Source: Chrysomallon squamiferum (taxonomy: Eukaryota > Animalia > Mollusca). From it: a DNA stretch of 64,000 bases. Position numbers and translations under genes: made by a program. Shown here piece after piece: positions 13,173-27,662 of this stretch. Positions within the stretch are counted from its first letter, which is position 1. Every line of letters starts with the position of its first letter. The stretch lies in NCBI GenBank assembly GCA_012295275.1, contig CM022679.1, positions 30,442,001 through 30,506,000 on the forward strand, written 5' to 3'. Under the pieces are notes generated by a model that saw nothing but the letters and a program-made list of their open reading frames with translations, did not search any database and was not told the origin of the DNA.

Positions 13173-15079
13173 TCTAAAAAAAAAAAAAAAAAAAAAAAAT
13201 TAAAAAGAATGAATGAAAAGAATGTAAAGAACAAAAAAAATGAGTGTAGAATTAAGAGTAATTTAAGGGTAAATGTGATTTAGTTTTGGTGTGAAAGTGG
13301 GTTTGTTTTATTTGACATTTTACGTCTCATTGTGTGTCTCCCTTGTTAGTATTCAGTTTTTTTTTTTTTAAAAGTTTTAAAACCGTCCTTTATCTCTCTC
13401 TACTTCTCTTTATTTTTATTTTTTTTACTGTTTGAGAGTGATTCTGATATCAGTGCCTTTCAGCTGATATTTATTTTTTTCAAACACTGTGGCTTGGGCT
13501 TTCAAAAAGTGTGTGTGTTTATATATATGTATTAAACACTCTTTATCCAAAGTGGAAAAAAAACTGCACTAGAAATCACTAATGTTAAATATGTAATAAC
13601 GTAGGATGGAAAATAAATAAGTTTGTTTTCATAATGTCATTACTTAAAAGTTTTGTGTCCAGTAACAGGTGAAAGAAAAAAAAAATAAAAAAAAAAAAAA
13701 AAATAAATGGATATGCTTTGGGAGAAATTAAAAAAAAAAAAAAAAAAAAAAATGAAGAAGAACATTAGCTTCATAGTCATAGTTTCTTGTTAAGGAAAAG
13801 AAATTTGAATGAAGAACATTGATAAAGTAATCTATATATATGTATAGGTATAATTAGCTTATTTGTTTTTTTCAGAAATATTAATGATTTATGTTAATAA
13901 TCTTGAAGAATAATGTCTCACTTTGAAACGTTTGTTAAAAATGTTTGTGATAATATCGATCGCGAATTAAAATATGATAATTGTTTCGCATTATTAGTTC
14001 TTTATTACTATTATTGTTGTTGTTGTTGTTGTTGTTACTATAATTATTATAGTTTTAATTTGTGTTTAAAGTCGTGTTCACACCATTTCATTTAGTGCAG
14101 CGATGATGTCTTCGATTCGATCTCCTGGATTTCCATAATTTATATGCATATGTGTATGTATGACTGAATGTCTGTCTGTCTGTATGTATGTATGTGAATT
14201 CTGTGTGTATATATTTTAAATCTATGCAGATGTGTATATTTGTAAGGATTTAATAAACTGAGATTATACACACTTGTCATTATGTACTCTCGATTTTAAA
14301 CACAGTACCGGGATAAACAGTCACAGTGGTTTGTACTAGAAACACGACTGGTTGTAAAGATTTCGCTCCCAGTTTGCCGAGGTCGTCAAAAACGCCCACA
14401 ACATTCGTACTTGAGTAAATCAACCACTGTACCACGTACATCATCATGTACGGTTCTTCCTCAGAAACGTCGCTTTTGTTGGAACGTAAAATTGGCGATC
14501 GTTTAGCAAACACGCCAAAACCTTCTCGCAGGAAACTACGCATACAATGTTTGTTTATCAAGCACAAACAAATCTTCAAATGAAAAAAAAAAAAAAAAAA
14601 AAAAAAAATTTACAAAAAAAAAAAAAAAAAGGTTTAATGAAATCAGTATTATGAAAGGGGGAAAAAAAACACCCAACCCCCCGAAAAAAAATTGGCTGAA
14701 AATATCAATATTATACAAATAAAACGTACAAGTAATCAAACTTTTCATCGTTGCAAATTGTGAAACGTTCTGTATCGCACATCTTTTACTGCTTCGGACA
14801 TCTCGAATCAAAAGTTATCGACCACTTGATTTCTTCTCCCCCCCCTAACCCCCGACCCTTCCCTATTACGATCAAGAGCAGATAACTCTGCGTGTAATTG
14901 ACGTAAGATTTCCACCCCCGCGATTAAATGAAGATAATGTCCCGTGCGATGCAGTTGATAAATTTTATTGAATGACAGAGATGAATGTGTCTGGGAATTC
15001 TCTCGGTTATTTTAAAATTTGGTCAAGCTAAACGCCAGTGACCTTAATTTCGCTGAAGATTTTATTTTTGTTTAATTAA

Positions 15080-15866
15080 GATAGAGAGATAGAGACACAG
15101 TGAGACTGAGACAGAGAGATAGAGAGATAGATAGATAGAGTGAGATATAAATAGATAGAGAGAGTGAGACAAATAGAGAGAGTGAGATATGGACAGTGGG
15201 ATGTAGATAGAGAGTGAGATATAGAAAAGTACACAGAGAGAGTGAGATATAGATAGAGAGAGTGAGACATATAGATAGAGAGCGTGAGATATAGATAAAG
15301 AGAGAGATATAGATAGAGAGAGTGAGACATAAATAGTGAGAGTGAGATATACATAGAGAGAGATATAGATAAAGAGAAAGTGAGATATAGATAGGGTGAG
15401 ATATAGATAGAAAGAGTGAGATATAGATAGAGAGAGTGAGATACAGATAGAGAGAGTGAGACATATAGATAGTGAGATATAGATAAAGAGAGAGTGAGAT
15501 ATAGATAGAGAGGGTGAGATATAGATAGAGTGAGATATAGATAGAGAGAGTGAGATATATATAGATAGAGAGAGTGAGATATAGATAGAGAGAGAGGGTG
15601 AGATATAGATAGAGAAGATGAGATACAGATAGAGAGAGAGAATCAGATGTAGACACACAGAGTGTTAGATGTAGATAGATTGAGATATATATAGACAGAG
15701 AGCCAGATATAGAAAGACACAGAGAGTGAGATTTAGATAGACAGAGAGTGACATATAGACAGATAGTCATAGAGTTAGAGATAGATAGAGAGAGTTAGAT
15801 ATAGATAAAGAGAGAGTGAGATATAGATATATAGATATATAGATAGAGAGAGAGATAGAGTGAGAG

Positions 15867-15956
<90 letters not shown>
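15080..15956. repeat. Complex GA/GATA minisatellite (about 20-24-bp unit gagtgagatatagatagaga) ending in pure (GA)n
   Basis: Roughly 30 imperfect copies of gagtgagatatagatagagag. Explains the minus-strand YISLSLS ORFs. Confidence 0.9.
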
Positions 15957-15959
<3 letters not shown>

Positions 15960-16711
15960 TTAACAACCCAAGTGGAATAAAGAGAGAGAGTGAAAGACAG
16001 AAAGAAAATGAATATACATATAACAAGCGAGAGGGAGAGTGAGTGAGACAGAGGAAGAGAGAAAATTCATTAACAAAGCAACCGCAATAAAAAGGAAGAA
16101 CAAAAAATATAAAAACATATTAAAGAGAAAATAGAAAATTAAAACTGATTACAGAGAATGATTTCTTTTTACTTTTGTTTTATTTTTTCGAATACAAAGT
16201 TAATAAACATTTATTTATCTACATCTTTATAACTCATTTTCATGTAAAAAGAGAATAAATCTCTGTCATATATAACATGGCTTTTTTTTTTTCTTTTTCT
16301 TGTGAATGAAAATAAACACCATTTCATGACCATTCATTACCCTGTAACTGCAAACGATCTTGTTTATATACGTATAACTTCCAATTCATCAAGCGGACTG
16401 TGGCGGCTACCGATCACTCAACCGAGCACGTAAATTAACTGGGAAGTGTAAAATTACTTCACTAAACTATTTTAAACTTCAGAAGCTGTCTCGAGCGAGC
16501 ACCGAGAACTTCACGGATCGCGACCGAGTCGTAGGCTGAAACAGATTTAGAAAAATGTCTGACGTCTTTGCGCGGTTTTCTCTTTAACCCACTTAAACGA
16601 TTAACTAATAATTTATTTATTTTATTTGTTTATTTGTTTATTTATTTGTTTTGTTTGTTTATTTGTTTGTTTGTTTATTTATTTGTTTGATTATTTATTT
16701 ATGTCTAACAG

Positions 16712-17019
16712 ATGTTACTACTACTAATACTACTGCTACTACTGCTGCTACTACTACTACTACTGCAACTTCTACCACTACTACTACTACTACTGCTACT
16801 GCAACTTCTACCACTACTACTTCTACTGCTATTACTACTGCTGCTACAACTTCTACCACTACTACTACTACTGCTGCTGCTACTACTACTACTACTACTA
16901 CTGCTACTACTTCTACTACTACTACTACTGCTGCTGCTACTACTACTACTACTGCTACTACTTCTACTACTACTACTACTACTACTACAACAACAATAAG
17001 AACTACTACTTCTATTACT

Positions 17020-17050
<31 letters not shown>

Positions 17051-17220
17051 CTACTACTACTACAACAACAATAAAAACTACTACTTCTATTACTACTACA
17101 ACAACAACAACAACAATAAGAACTACTACTTCTATTACTACTACAACAACAACAACTACTACTAGTACTACCACCACCACTACCACTACTTCTACAATGT
17201 ATTTTAAACACAAATCTGGC
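16712..17220. repeat. Compound (ACT/GCT/ACA)n trinucleotide array with higher-order repeats
   Basis: Internal units gcaacttctaccact-like (about 3x) and acaataa(g/a)aactactacttctattactac (3x). Ends in the anchor motif tctacaatgtattttaaacacaaatctgg. Confidence 0.9.
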
Positions 17221-17768
17221 TATTGATTTTGCTGCTCAAGTTAGGAAAGGAAACTTGATTACTTGATAATCATTTTATCAGGTTCACTAAGGATGACTGA
17301 AAGTAATTACACACCTACATGTGTGTTGTTTGTTTTGTCCTTGAAATGTTTACAACAACAGTGTCGTATGTAATTATAGTACCTGTTATAAAATTAATGA
17401 TAATAATAAAAAAAAAAAAACAGGCGAGAACAAAAGATAAAGAAACCCGACATAATGAAAATGGCCACAACGACAGTAGTGGTAGCTGCACCTGTAGCAA
17501 CAGTATTAGTTGATAATAATAATGATAATAATAACAATAATAACAACAATAATGATGATGATGATGATGATAATTCATGTAACAGCAATGATGATGATGA
17601 TGATGATAATAATAAAAACAGCAACAAAAAAAAAAAAAAAAAATTAATATGAAGATAATTATGATAACAACAACCACAACAACAATAACAATAACATGAA
17701 AACAACAACAGCTACGTAACCTCCATACCTACATCTGTCAGTATGTGTATCTGACCATCTACATAACA

Positions 17769-17808
<40 letters not shown>

Positions 17809-18436
17809 ACATATATATATCTGTACGTATAATTGTATGCGAAACATATATAGACGTGTCAGCTAGGAAACTATTTTTCGTTTCTTTCTTCTTTCATGAA
17901 AGAAATATTCGGTCGTAGATTCGTGCGACTGTTCCTGGCAAACTCGTTATTTGTAAATTGAGGGTCAGTGAGAACATTGTAACTGTTATTACGTGAGCCT
18001 AGAAAATAAGTGGGTTTTTTTTTTTTTAGGTTTTTTTTTCTTTTTTTTATGAATAACACGTGACGTACTAGTTAAACCCAACGTACACATAACATTCATG
18101 AAATGATGCATGATATATACTTAAAATAACAATTATACTCACTGACACAGAAACCTACATTAATGCAGACGTTCAGAATGCATGCATATATACATACATA
18201 GACATACGTATATACTCATATATATAATTGCATACATGCTAATATAGATATCTGCTGAACATGAATGCGTACAATACATAACACACAAATACACATATAC
18301 AAATGCACCGAGAAAATATACATATTCACATATTCACATTATATTTATACATAAATACAGACATACAGACATACATACGTATACATAATACTGACATACA
18401 TACATAAATACATGCTGTTCAAATTGCGCACAATCA

Positions 18437-18699
<263 letters not shown>

Positions 18700-19131
18700 A
18701 ACAGAGAAAGACCCAATCACGGGAAGATAGGAAGGGTACTAAATGCCTTGCAGGTAAATAGGGCAACTGAAAAGTCTACGTTTATAAAAATAGAAGAAAA
18801 AAAAAAATAACAAAAAAAAAAGAAACCCAACAACGCACGTGTTTTTCACCTGTAAACGCATTCTAAACATAACCGAGCGTAGTCTAAACAAGCCGGTCAG
18901 GTTCTGAACACTGACTGTTACTTAAGATTAATCTCTTTCATTAAGGTGAGTGTGTGAGGTATGGTGGCTCTGTCGGTACTGGGAATAACGCTTTCCTAAC
19001 TGAATAATAAAAAAAGAAAACCTTCCGAGACCAGCAAACTCCAGGCAAACCATTTTTTGGAGTCGATACACGAAATACTGATGTGAGCTTTCCAGTGATA
19101 GAGGCAATAGAATAGTCACTTGTGAATAAAA

Positions 19132-19171
<40 letters not shown>

Positions 19172-19655
19172 AATAATAACTGTTGCTTGTACGGTTACTA
19201 CTACTACTGTTACTACTACTACTACTACTACTACTGCCACTACTGCTCTCTCCACTACTCCTCCTTCTCCTACCATTTACTCCTATCATAACAACAACAA
19301 CAGCTATTGCTACTACTACAACAACTACGACTACTTCTACTATTACTACAGATATTAATATTACTACTACACCACTGGTTTTGTCACTAATATTACTATT
19401 GTTATTAATGCTACTACAACAACAACCGCCACCATTCCTACAGCTACAACCACCACTATATCTACTGCTGCAGCTATGTCTGTTGCTGCTGCTGCTGCTG
19501 CTATTTCTGTTGCTACTGCAGCTATTGCAACCTCTGTTTCTACTATTATACTACTACTGATAGTCAGTCTACTGTTACCATAATTTACTACTTACCTATC
19601 CATCCATTCATCTCTGATTCTGAAACAATAACTGTGCTTTATTCAATGAAATAAA

Positions 19656-19744
<89 letters not shown>

Positions 19745-20104
19745 TGCGCGCAGTAGAACACTATTACACGACTAATCGAAATCCCAGCATCAGGCGCCTG
19801 TGGTTTTTAGACCACATTCTTAACCTTGCACGACTTTCTACGCACTTACTCACTACCGTTCGTCACGTGTATTATGCGTTTTCACATTCATCATTACAGA
19901 TGGCGTGCGTCACGGGGTGGGGGAGGGTGCGTGTGTGGATGGGGATGGGATGAGAGTGGGGGCGCCGTATCCAGGTCAGCACGTGCTGGTAACAATGCGA
20001 AATATGTTAAAATGGTTACAGTGTGTCTCGGGTATTCGTTCTTAATTGAGTGGATACAGACAGCAAACCTGGCTGCCTGCCTCATCGCAGGTTTTCTTCT
20101 TCCT

Positions 20105-20154
<50 letters not shown>

Positions 20155-20325
20155 GCGTCATCTTCCTTCTGTTGTGAACGTTGCGCGCACACAGACATAC
20201 ACACATGTAACCATAAACACGCATGCATACGCATAGATACATACATTATAAATATATCTGTCAATCGCTACGTCTGTCTCTGTGTGTGTGTGTGTGAAAA
20301 CGTATGTATAAGAATACAAATAAAT

Positions 20326-20359
<34 letters not shown>

Positions 20360-20512
20360 GAGAGAGAAGAAAGAAAAGAGAGAGAAAATAAAGATATCGA
20401 TTAATTTAAGTTTTACAAAGAAAACAATAAAATAAATAATATCGACTTATAATTAAAAAACGTAACTGATAACAATGATGATATAATAATGTTAACAATA
20501 ACAACAACAGAA

Positions 20513-20610
<98 letters not shown>

Positions 20611-22725
20611 AATAAATAAATAAATAATAAAAACATTCAGGGTTCGATATACCTTTACTTGATGTCACACAATGTATATAGTTAAAAAAAAAATAATAAT
20701 AAAATTATAAAACAAGAAACAGAAAAACAAATAAAAAAGACAGACGACTGAGTAACAAATCGCAAACAACATACAGCCGCACACACAGACACACGACGTT
20801 TACAGACACGGAGAGAGAAACACGCCACTGTACGTCATAAACAAATTTCATTCTCGACTGAAGAATGTACGACATTTTAAGTTTCAGTTTTTTATTCTGA
20901 AATTTTTTTTTTTTCTTCGAATTTTCTCGCCAATTTTTCAAAATGTTTCTTATCTGTTAATGAACCCGAGATAACCTTCATGTACAAAATTTAATAATAA
21001 TAATTTGAAAAACCAGTAAACATGGCTGTAACTTATGGTAAAAACATTTGGCGCACCGTCAAGACTCAGTTATTAGTAAAAGCGTGACTGGCAATCTGAA
21101 TACATTTATTAAATCAACCTAGTTATTTTGGCGGGATTATAACGGTAGAAGAATAAAAAATAAAAAAATAAATAAAGCCACAAGAAAAAACAACACTCCA
21201 AAAAAAAAAAAAACAAACAGAAAAAACAAGGAACAATCATAAATGCAAATAAAAAATGTAAAAATCTTGATAAACACTAATAATAGCAACAGCAACTTCA
21301 ACGAATCAAGAATTACCACTATAATAATTATCAACAACAATTATCAACAATTTTCACGTATTTGTTATTGTACTATTGTTATTACTACTACTAGTTCCCT
21401 GCTGCTACTGTTATTATTGTTACTACTGCTACTACAAGTACTACTACTACTGTTGTTACTATTATAATAGTTACTGCTTCTGCTGCTGCTATTCCTAATA
21501 TAACTACTACCACTGCTACTGTTGCTATTACTAGTACAACTGTCATTGTTTCTGAAGCTATATTTTTTGTTACTACCGCTACTACTACTGCTGCTGCTAC
21601 TGCTCTGCTGTTAATAATACAACTACTACAGCTACTAGTGTTGCCGTTACAGCTACTACTATTGCTACTGCAATTGCTTCTCTTACTATTACCTATACTA
21701 CTAACACTACTGCTACTAATACTACTTCTGCTTCTATTACATCTACTAACGGTAGTATTAGTTCAACTACTAATACTGCAGCTACTGCTGCTATTATATG
21801 ACGTTGTTTTATTTACTGATAGCTGTACTGTTAAACAAGAATAAAAAAAAAAAAAAAATAAAAATAAAAAATAAAAACCAAACTACAAAAACAAAAACAA
21901 AACATAAAACAACAAAGAACCCATTCGCCAAGAAAAGAGAACTCTTTCTTTAATGGCATTTCAACAGGCATTTTTTTTTTTAAACTCCGTATTTCACCGC
22001 AAGGCCTATCTAGCTACACCGATGTGTGATGATCACTGTGTAACTGTGCCAAACATTCAGACGATACTGTTTGTCGAAACCGTTGTGTAGTCTACAGAAA
22101 AACATTAAAGATATTTCGTAAACAAATCGGCCACACATGGTAAAAAAAAGAAAAAAAAAGAAGAAGATAATAATAACTAAAAAAAAAAAAAAAAAAAAAA
22201 CCAGCCTGTCTACAACTCGACTGCAGACGTCATAAACATCTAATGAATATTTTAAACACGTCGTTTTTTTCGTTTTTTTTTCATGCTCGCAGTCAAGCAA
22301 AAGGTTGACTCTTATAACCGATAAATGCCCTCGTGCCTATTTTTTGTCGACCTAATTTTTTTAGTTTGTTTTTTTATTCCTGATATAATGAAACTGTTTC
22401 TAATTCATTATATCCAACGATGATAGCTCCCATATTCGATAATGTCTTGGATAAGTCATTAATGTTTGAGCAGAAGCAGACGAGGAAAAAAAAAAACAAA
22501 TGTTGACCATTTTGAAATTATGAAGTTGGCAAGGGCAGATAATTGCGGTTACAGAACTGGGTCAGAATCGTTATGAAGAAGACGAAGAAGACGAAGATAA
22601 CGATAATGAAGAAAAAAGAGACACAAACAAACAAAAAGAAAGTGATAAACGTAAAGTAATCCAAATAAAAAACCCATAAATAAATAAAAAAATAAATAAA
22701 AAGAAAAAGAAAAATATAAAAACGG

Positions 22726-22759
<34 letters not shown>

Positions 22760-24692
22760 GAAACTGCAGATAATATTAATAATAAAAAAAAATACGTCGC
22801 AACTTATCAAGTTATTCTAACCCCAGTGTTTATATTTTTATAACTAACACAACGATGCTAGGCGAAGATATTTAAATTTAACAACCCCTATGAAAATAAT
22901 GATAAACATTTGTCGATACAGGCAGTGTTTAACCTTCGTAGAATGATATAAAAGAAGAAGAAACAAATTACTGAGATGCTATTTTCGTTTTACTATTCTC
23001 CAGGGAAAGCGAAATGGCTAGAGTACAAGTCTGGCTAGATGAGAAACCTAATTAGGAAAATCAAAAAGAAAATAGGTTTTGACGAAACACTAAATTTTTG
23101 GCTGCTCATATCAGTTTTATTCTTTTCGTGGATGCTGTTTGGAGCAAATCTGCCTTTAAGAGAGATAAAAAAAAATGTTATAGTGGCTTACTCTCTCTAT
23201 GTGTCATTCTGTATCCCTTTTTTCATTTATTTATTTATTTATTTATTACTTTAAATGCATATATAAAAGCCCTCTGTTTTTTCTACCGTTTTCCTTTGAA
23301 GAGTTTTCAAGGGAGATAAATCTAATTAGTTAATTTCGAGGGAGACAACTACTGTGCTATTTCTAATTATGTGTCAGTTACTACAAACGTGTGGTAAATG
23401 AGATTTACCACTGATTCAGCACTTTTGTACATAGATGTGAAATGGGTCGAGTTTGAACACCAAATGACCTCATTTTTTCTCTTCTGTCTGAATATCTGCT
23501 GCAACATTTGTAACATTGCCAGTGGGCTTTTTTTTTTTTTTTAATATCATTTCTTTTTTCTTTTTTAAATTATTATTATTATTATTATTATTATTACTAA
23601 TTTTTAATTTTTTTCAAATTTGTTATTTTTGTGGGTTTTTTCTTCACCAAAATTATAATTATTATAATAATACTATAAACGACTGATGGATATAAAAGGT
23701 ACATATTATAAAATCCTTCTTTTTGGAAAAGTTTGTGTGGGAGTATTTATTGTTGTGACTGTGTGTGTATGTGTGTGTGTGTGTGTGTGTGTCTGTGCTG
23801 TGGGTATATGCGTGTGTAAGAAAGAGAGAAAGACAGAGAGTGACTATAAGGAAGAAAGGTAGACAAGAAACAGAGGCAATGACAAAAACCCACATCTAAA
23901 TTTATCTTGTTGTCTGTGTATGGTTTTGTATGTATGTATGTATGTATATATGTATGAATGTCTATGTATGTATGTATGAATGTCTTTGTATGTAAGTATG
24001 TATGTGTGTGTGTATGTATGAAGGTATGTACGTTTGTATGTATGTATGTGTGTATTTATGTACGCATGCCTATATGCATGTTAGTATGTAGCTATGTCTT
24101 TCTGTCTCTGTCTTCGTGTCTCTCTACCAAACAGATATTTATAAATAGATAAATATGCATATACATAAACAGAAGATAGAAATTCAGACTCAGACAGACA
24201 GACAAACAGAGGGACACATAAAAACAGGTGTTCTAGTTAAATTATAAAATTAACTCTACGATTTCGGTCAAACACGTGTTGTACATAATTGTGGTTTACA
24301 CACATATACTAAAAATAACATACGTTAGCGCATTACTGGCTATATTTGTTATCGAGGATATTCATTAAGCTTCTACGATAATAACTGTAAGACAGTACTT
24401 ACGGAATGAAATGTGTTTCTTGCTAGGAGTAAGACAAGGAACTGTTATTTGACCTAAAGTTATTCTATCTAAAAGTAAACATAATCTGTGTTTTGGGCAC
24501 GAATGTGTCTGTTGCTCATCTTCTTACACCAAGCGTCTTTAGCGTGTCAGCAGGAAGTTTGAAATGGGCCACGTGATCACCGCAGTGACGTAACAATACT
24601 TTCTTGGTTCTGTGCTGGGAGCATTTCCCATTCCAGTTGGTGCTCACAGTTACTGTTAGTCTCGGCACGTTATTTTGTTCTGATAGCAGTTG

Positions 24693-24782
24693 GTTTTTTG
24701 ATTCACTCTAATCATATATAGTTTTGTGTTCAATCTAGTTTTTTGATTCACTCTAATCATATATAGTTTTGTGTTCAGTCTA
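24693..24782. repeat. 45-bp tandem duplication (2 copies, 1 mismatch)
   Basis: gttttttgattcactctaatcatatatagttttgtgttca(a/g)tcta at 24693-24737 and 24738-24782. Confidence 0.92.
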
Positions 24783-25142
24783 GAACTGTAACATTTATTT
24801 AGTGAACGTTCTTTAAAAAAAATCTTCAAATGGTCAACAGATTTTAGCGAAGAGGCATTTTATGCTGTGGAACTGCACTGGTTTAATTGTCGAGGATCCA
24901 TTATTTTGAATTCCGAAATCCGAAGACAGAAGTTCGTTTTCTATACATTTTTTTTTTAACGAAAATTATCACTTCTGTAGTAACATTCTGCCAGTGTGCT
25001 TAAATTGTATACGGTTAATTGTTGTAAATAATTTCTACAGGGGAATTAAAAAAAAAAAATTAAATAAAAAATAAAAAAAAAAAAAAAAAAAAAAAATAAA
25101 AAAAGGTGTCGTCTATTTTTTTCTCCATAGATTATAAGGTAT

Positions 25143-25203
25143 ATCAGGATTGATCCCGCGGCCTGTCACACCTATGAATTAGAGCTGTATCCACTTTGCT
25201 ACA
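25143..25203 (-). mobile_element. Degenerate tRNA-derived SINE head or tRNA pseudogene fragment
   Basis: Minus strand reads tgTAGCAAAGTGGatacagctctaattcataggtgtgacaggccgcGGGATCAATCCtgat: Pol III A-box (TRGCnnAGYGG) and B-box-like (GGTTCGATCC) motifs at tRNA-like spacing. No full cloverleaf. Confidence 0.5.
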
Positions 25204-25574
25204 ACCCAATACCGCCAGGAACGCGCGGAACGTTAAGAATTGATTCAATTACATATCTAAACATTTCAAAAATCAATCCGCTGATACAAGATCGTGCCAA
25301 AAGTTTTTTTTTACGACCAGAATAATTTCATCAGCAGTGATAGAAAAATTAGAAGTTATCTTGATAAGAATAACCAAAATGTTATTTAGTCGATTATCAA
25401 TTCTTTCTCAAGCATGTAATGGCTTCATGAATGGATATTTTAAGAATATGCAGTCATCGAATTTGTAAGGTGTGTGAGAAGTAATTCAAGCATGTAATGT
25501 TATTTTAGATAAAGGAAAACGCTCGGTCATGGTAACTCTTACAGTTTCGTATGTCAGGACGTTACTTACAACAT

Positions 25575-26210
25575 ATCTTACATACATACACACTTCCATA
25601 CACACGTACGTACACATTCACATACACACACGTACGTACACACTCACATACACACACACGTACGTACACATTCACATACATATACACATACATAAACACT
25701 CACATACACACACACACGTACGTGCACACTCTCATACACACACACACGTACATACTCACATACATACATACACACGTATGTACACACTCTCATACACACA
25801 CACGTATATACATACCCACGTACATACTCTCACACACACACGTACGTACACACTCACATACATACACACACACGTACATACACACACACGTACATACACA
25901 CACACGTACATACACATTCGCATACACACTCACATACATACATACACACGTACGTACACACTCTCATACACGCACACATACATACACACGTATATACATA
26001 CACACGTACATATACACTCACATACATACCTACATACCTACATACATACATACGCACTAACATATATACATACACATACGTACACACTCACATACCTATA
26101 TAAATACATATATACACACATACACACACACGTACATACCCACTCACATACATAAATAAACACATACATACTCACAGATACATACATCAACATACATATT
26201 CATATACATA
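25575..26210. repeat. Complex CA/CATA/CACGTA minisatellite
   Basis: Repeated cacacacgtacgtacacactcacata-like units. Explains the THTY-rich ORFs 25529..26155 and 25551..26060. Confidence 0.9.
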
Positions 26211-26336
26211 TACGTATATTTTATTATTATTATTTTCTTAAATTATAATTAAAATTATTTTTAAGCAAAAGCATACACACACATATATATATATAAAAAA
26301 AAAAATTGCAAATATTCAAACACGTACATACGTACG

Positions 26337-26391
<55 letters not shown>

Positions 26392-26785
26392 CACCCGCCT
26401 ACATACACACACACATACATACACAATCACTTTATACCGGTCTCCTGACAGTCCTATTCTGAAAACTAGACGACTTTTTGTTACCCTGATTCTCCCTGTG
26501 GAGAAGTCTAAAACACAGCGACACCCCCATGAAACTAAACTAAGACCCGAACCTAACAGTGGCTAATCGAGTAACAAATAGTGAAATACTATCTCCCGTC
26601 CTAATCTTCTTGCCGATTAAAGACAACGTTTGGGTTAGTTTGAGCTTTAAGAAGGAAATATAAATTCGTTTTGCAGTTTAATTATTTACGTCACCGATAC
26701 TTCGCAATTTGCATTTTCTGATAATGCCGCCACAAACGCGAACATCTGCGTGTATCAGTTTAATTATTCGTGTTTCCTGTGATTG

Positions 26786-27157
26786 GAGAATTACTACGAT
26801 TTTGTGAAGATTTTTCTGCGGTTTCTAGCATTACTGTGGAATACAGATTTGGCAGTTTCTAGAATTACTGTGAAAATATAAAATTCTTGCCGTTTCTAGA
26901 ATTACTACGAAGATTTTGCAGTTTCTAGAATTACTATGAAATACAGATTTTGCAGCGTCTAGAATTATTACGAAAGTATAAAGGTTTGATACCTTTTATA
27001 ATTACTATGAAAGTAGGTAGATTTCGAGGTTTCTAGAAATACTATGAAATTATTTTAAAGTTTCTAGAACTGCAAAGAAAATATTGATTTTTGAGTTTCT
27101 AGAAATAGTCCAACAAAAATTATGAATATTTCGCATTTTCTGGAATTACTTTGGAAG
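26786..27157. repeat. Degenerate minisatellite (about 30-37-bp unit, about 10-11 copies) with conserved core gtttctagaattact
   Basis: Consensus approximately gtttctagaattactatgaaatacagattttgca. The core is better conserved than the linkers. Confidence 0.85.
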
Positions 27158-27327
27158 TGTGTGTTTGTGTGCAGTTTTCACCATATATTATTTTTTGATT
27201 TTTTTCTTTGTTATTTTCTTGATTTTTTCGAATGGGTGTGTGTATCTTTGTATGTATGTGTGTATGTGAATTGTTGTTTTGTTTTTTTGCAGTTTTTCAC
27301 AATATGTTACTTTTCCGTTTTATGTCC

Positions 27328-27361
<34 letters not shown>

Positions 27362-27610
27362 GAAGAAGAAAAAAAAAAGAATTAATTTACATTTGATTAA
27401 TTTATCTCTTATCACGGTTCTTAATATGATAAGCGTATTTCGTTAAATAAAATATTCTCTATTTTATATGCATCGGATTTCCAGACTGTTTAGCTTACTT
27501 AAAAACAATTATAACAAAATTCAAAAAAAAAAAAAAAAATTAAAATAAATAAAAAATTATAAAAAGGAGTAATAAATAAATAAATAAACAAACAAACAAA
27601 TAAATAAATA

Positions 27611-27662
<52 letters not shown>

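Noticed and set aside
14280-14579. 99-aa minus-strand ORF in non-repetitive sequence
   Set aside because: Non-ATG start, no recognisable domain and no partner exons found.
15062-16042. Long ORFs rich in SLSL/YISL/RERE
   Set aside because: Translations of GA/GATA satellites. The same applies to ORFs near 18334, 33527, 34735, 36031, 38365, 56131 and 59971.
25529-26155. 208-aa His/Thr/Tyr-rich ORF
   Set aside because: Translation of a CA/CATA/CACGTA minisatellite that is open in several frames, with no splice or codon evidence.
26786-27157. CRISPR-like repeat-spacer appearance
   Set aside because: Spacers are homologous to each other, repeats are degenerate, the context is eukaryotic and there are no cas genes. 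It is a minisatellite.
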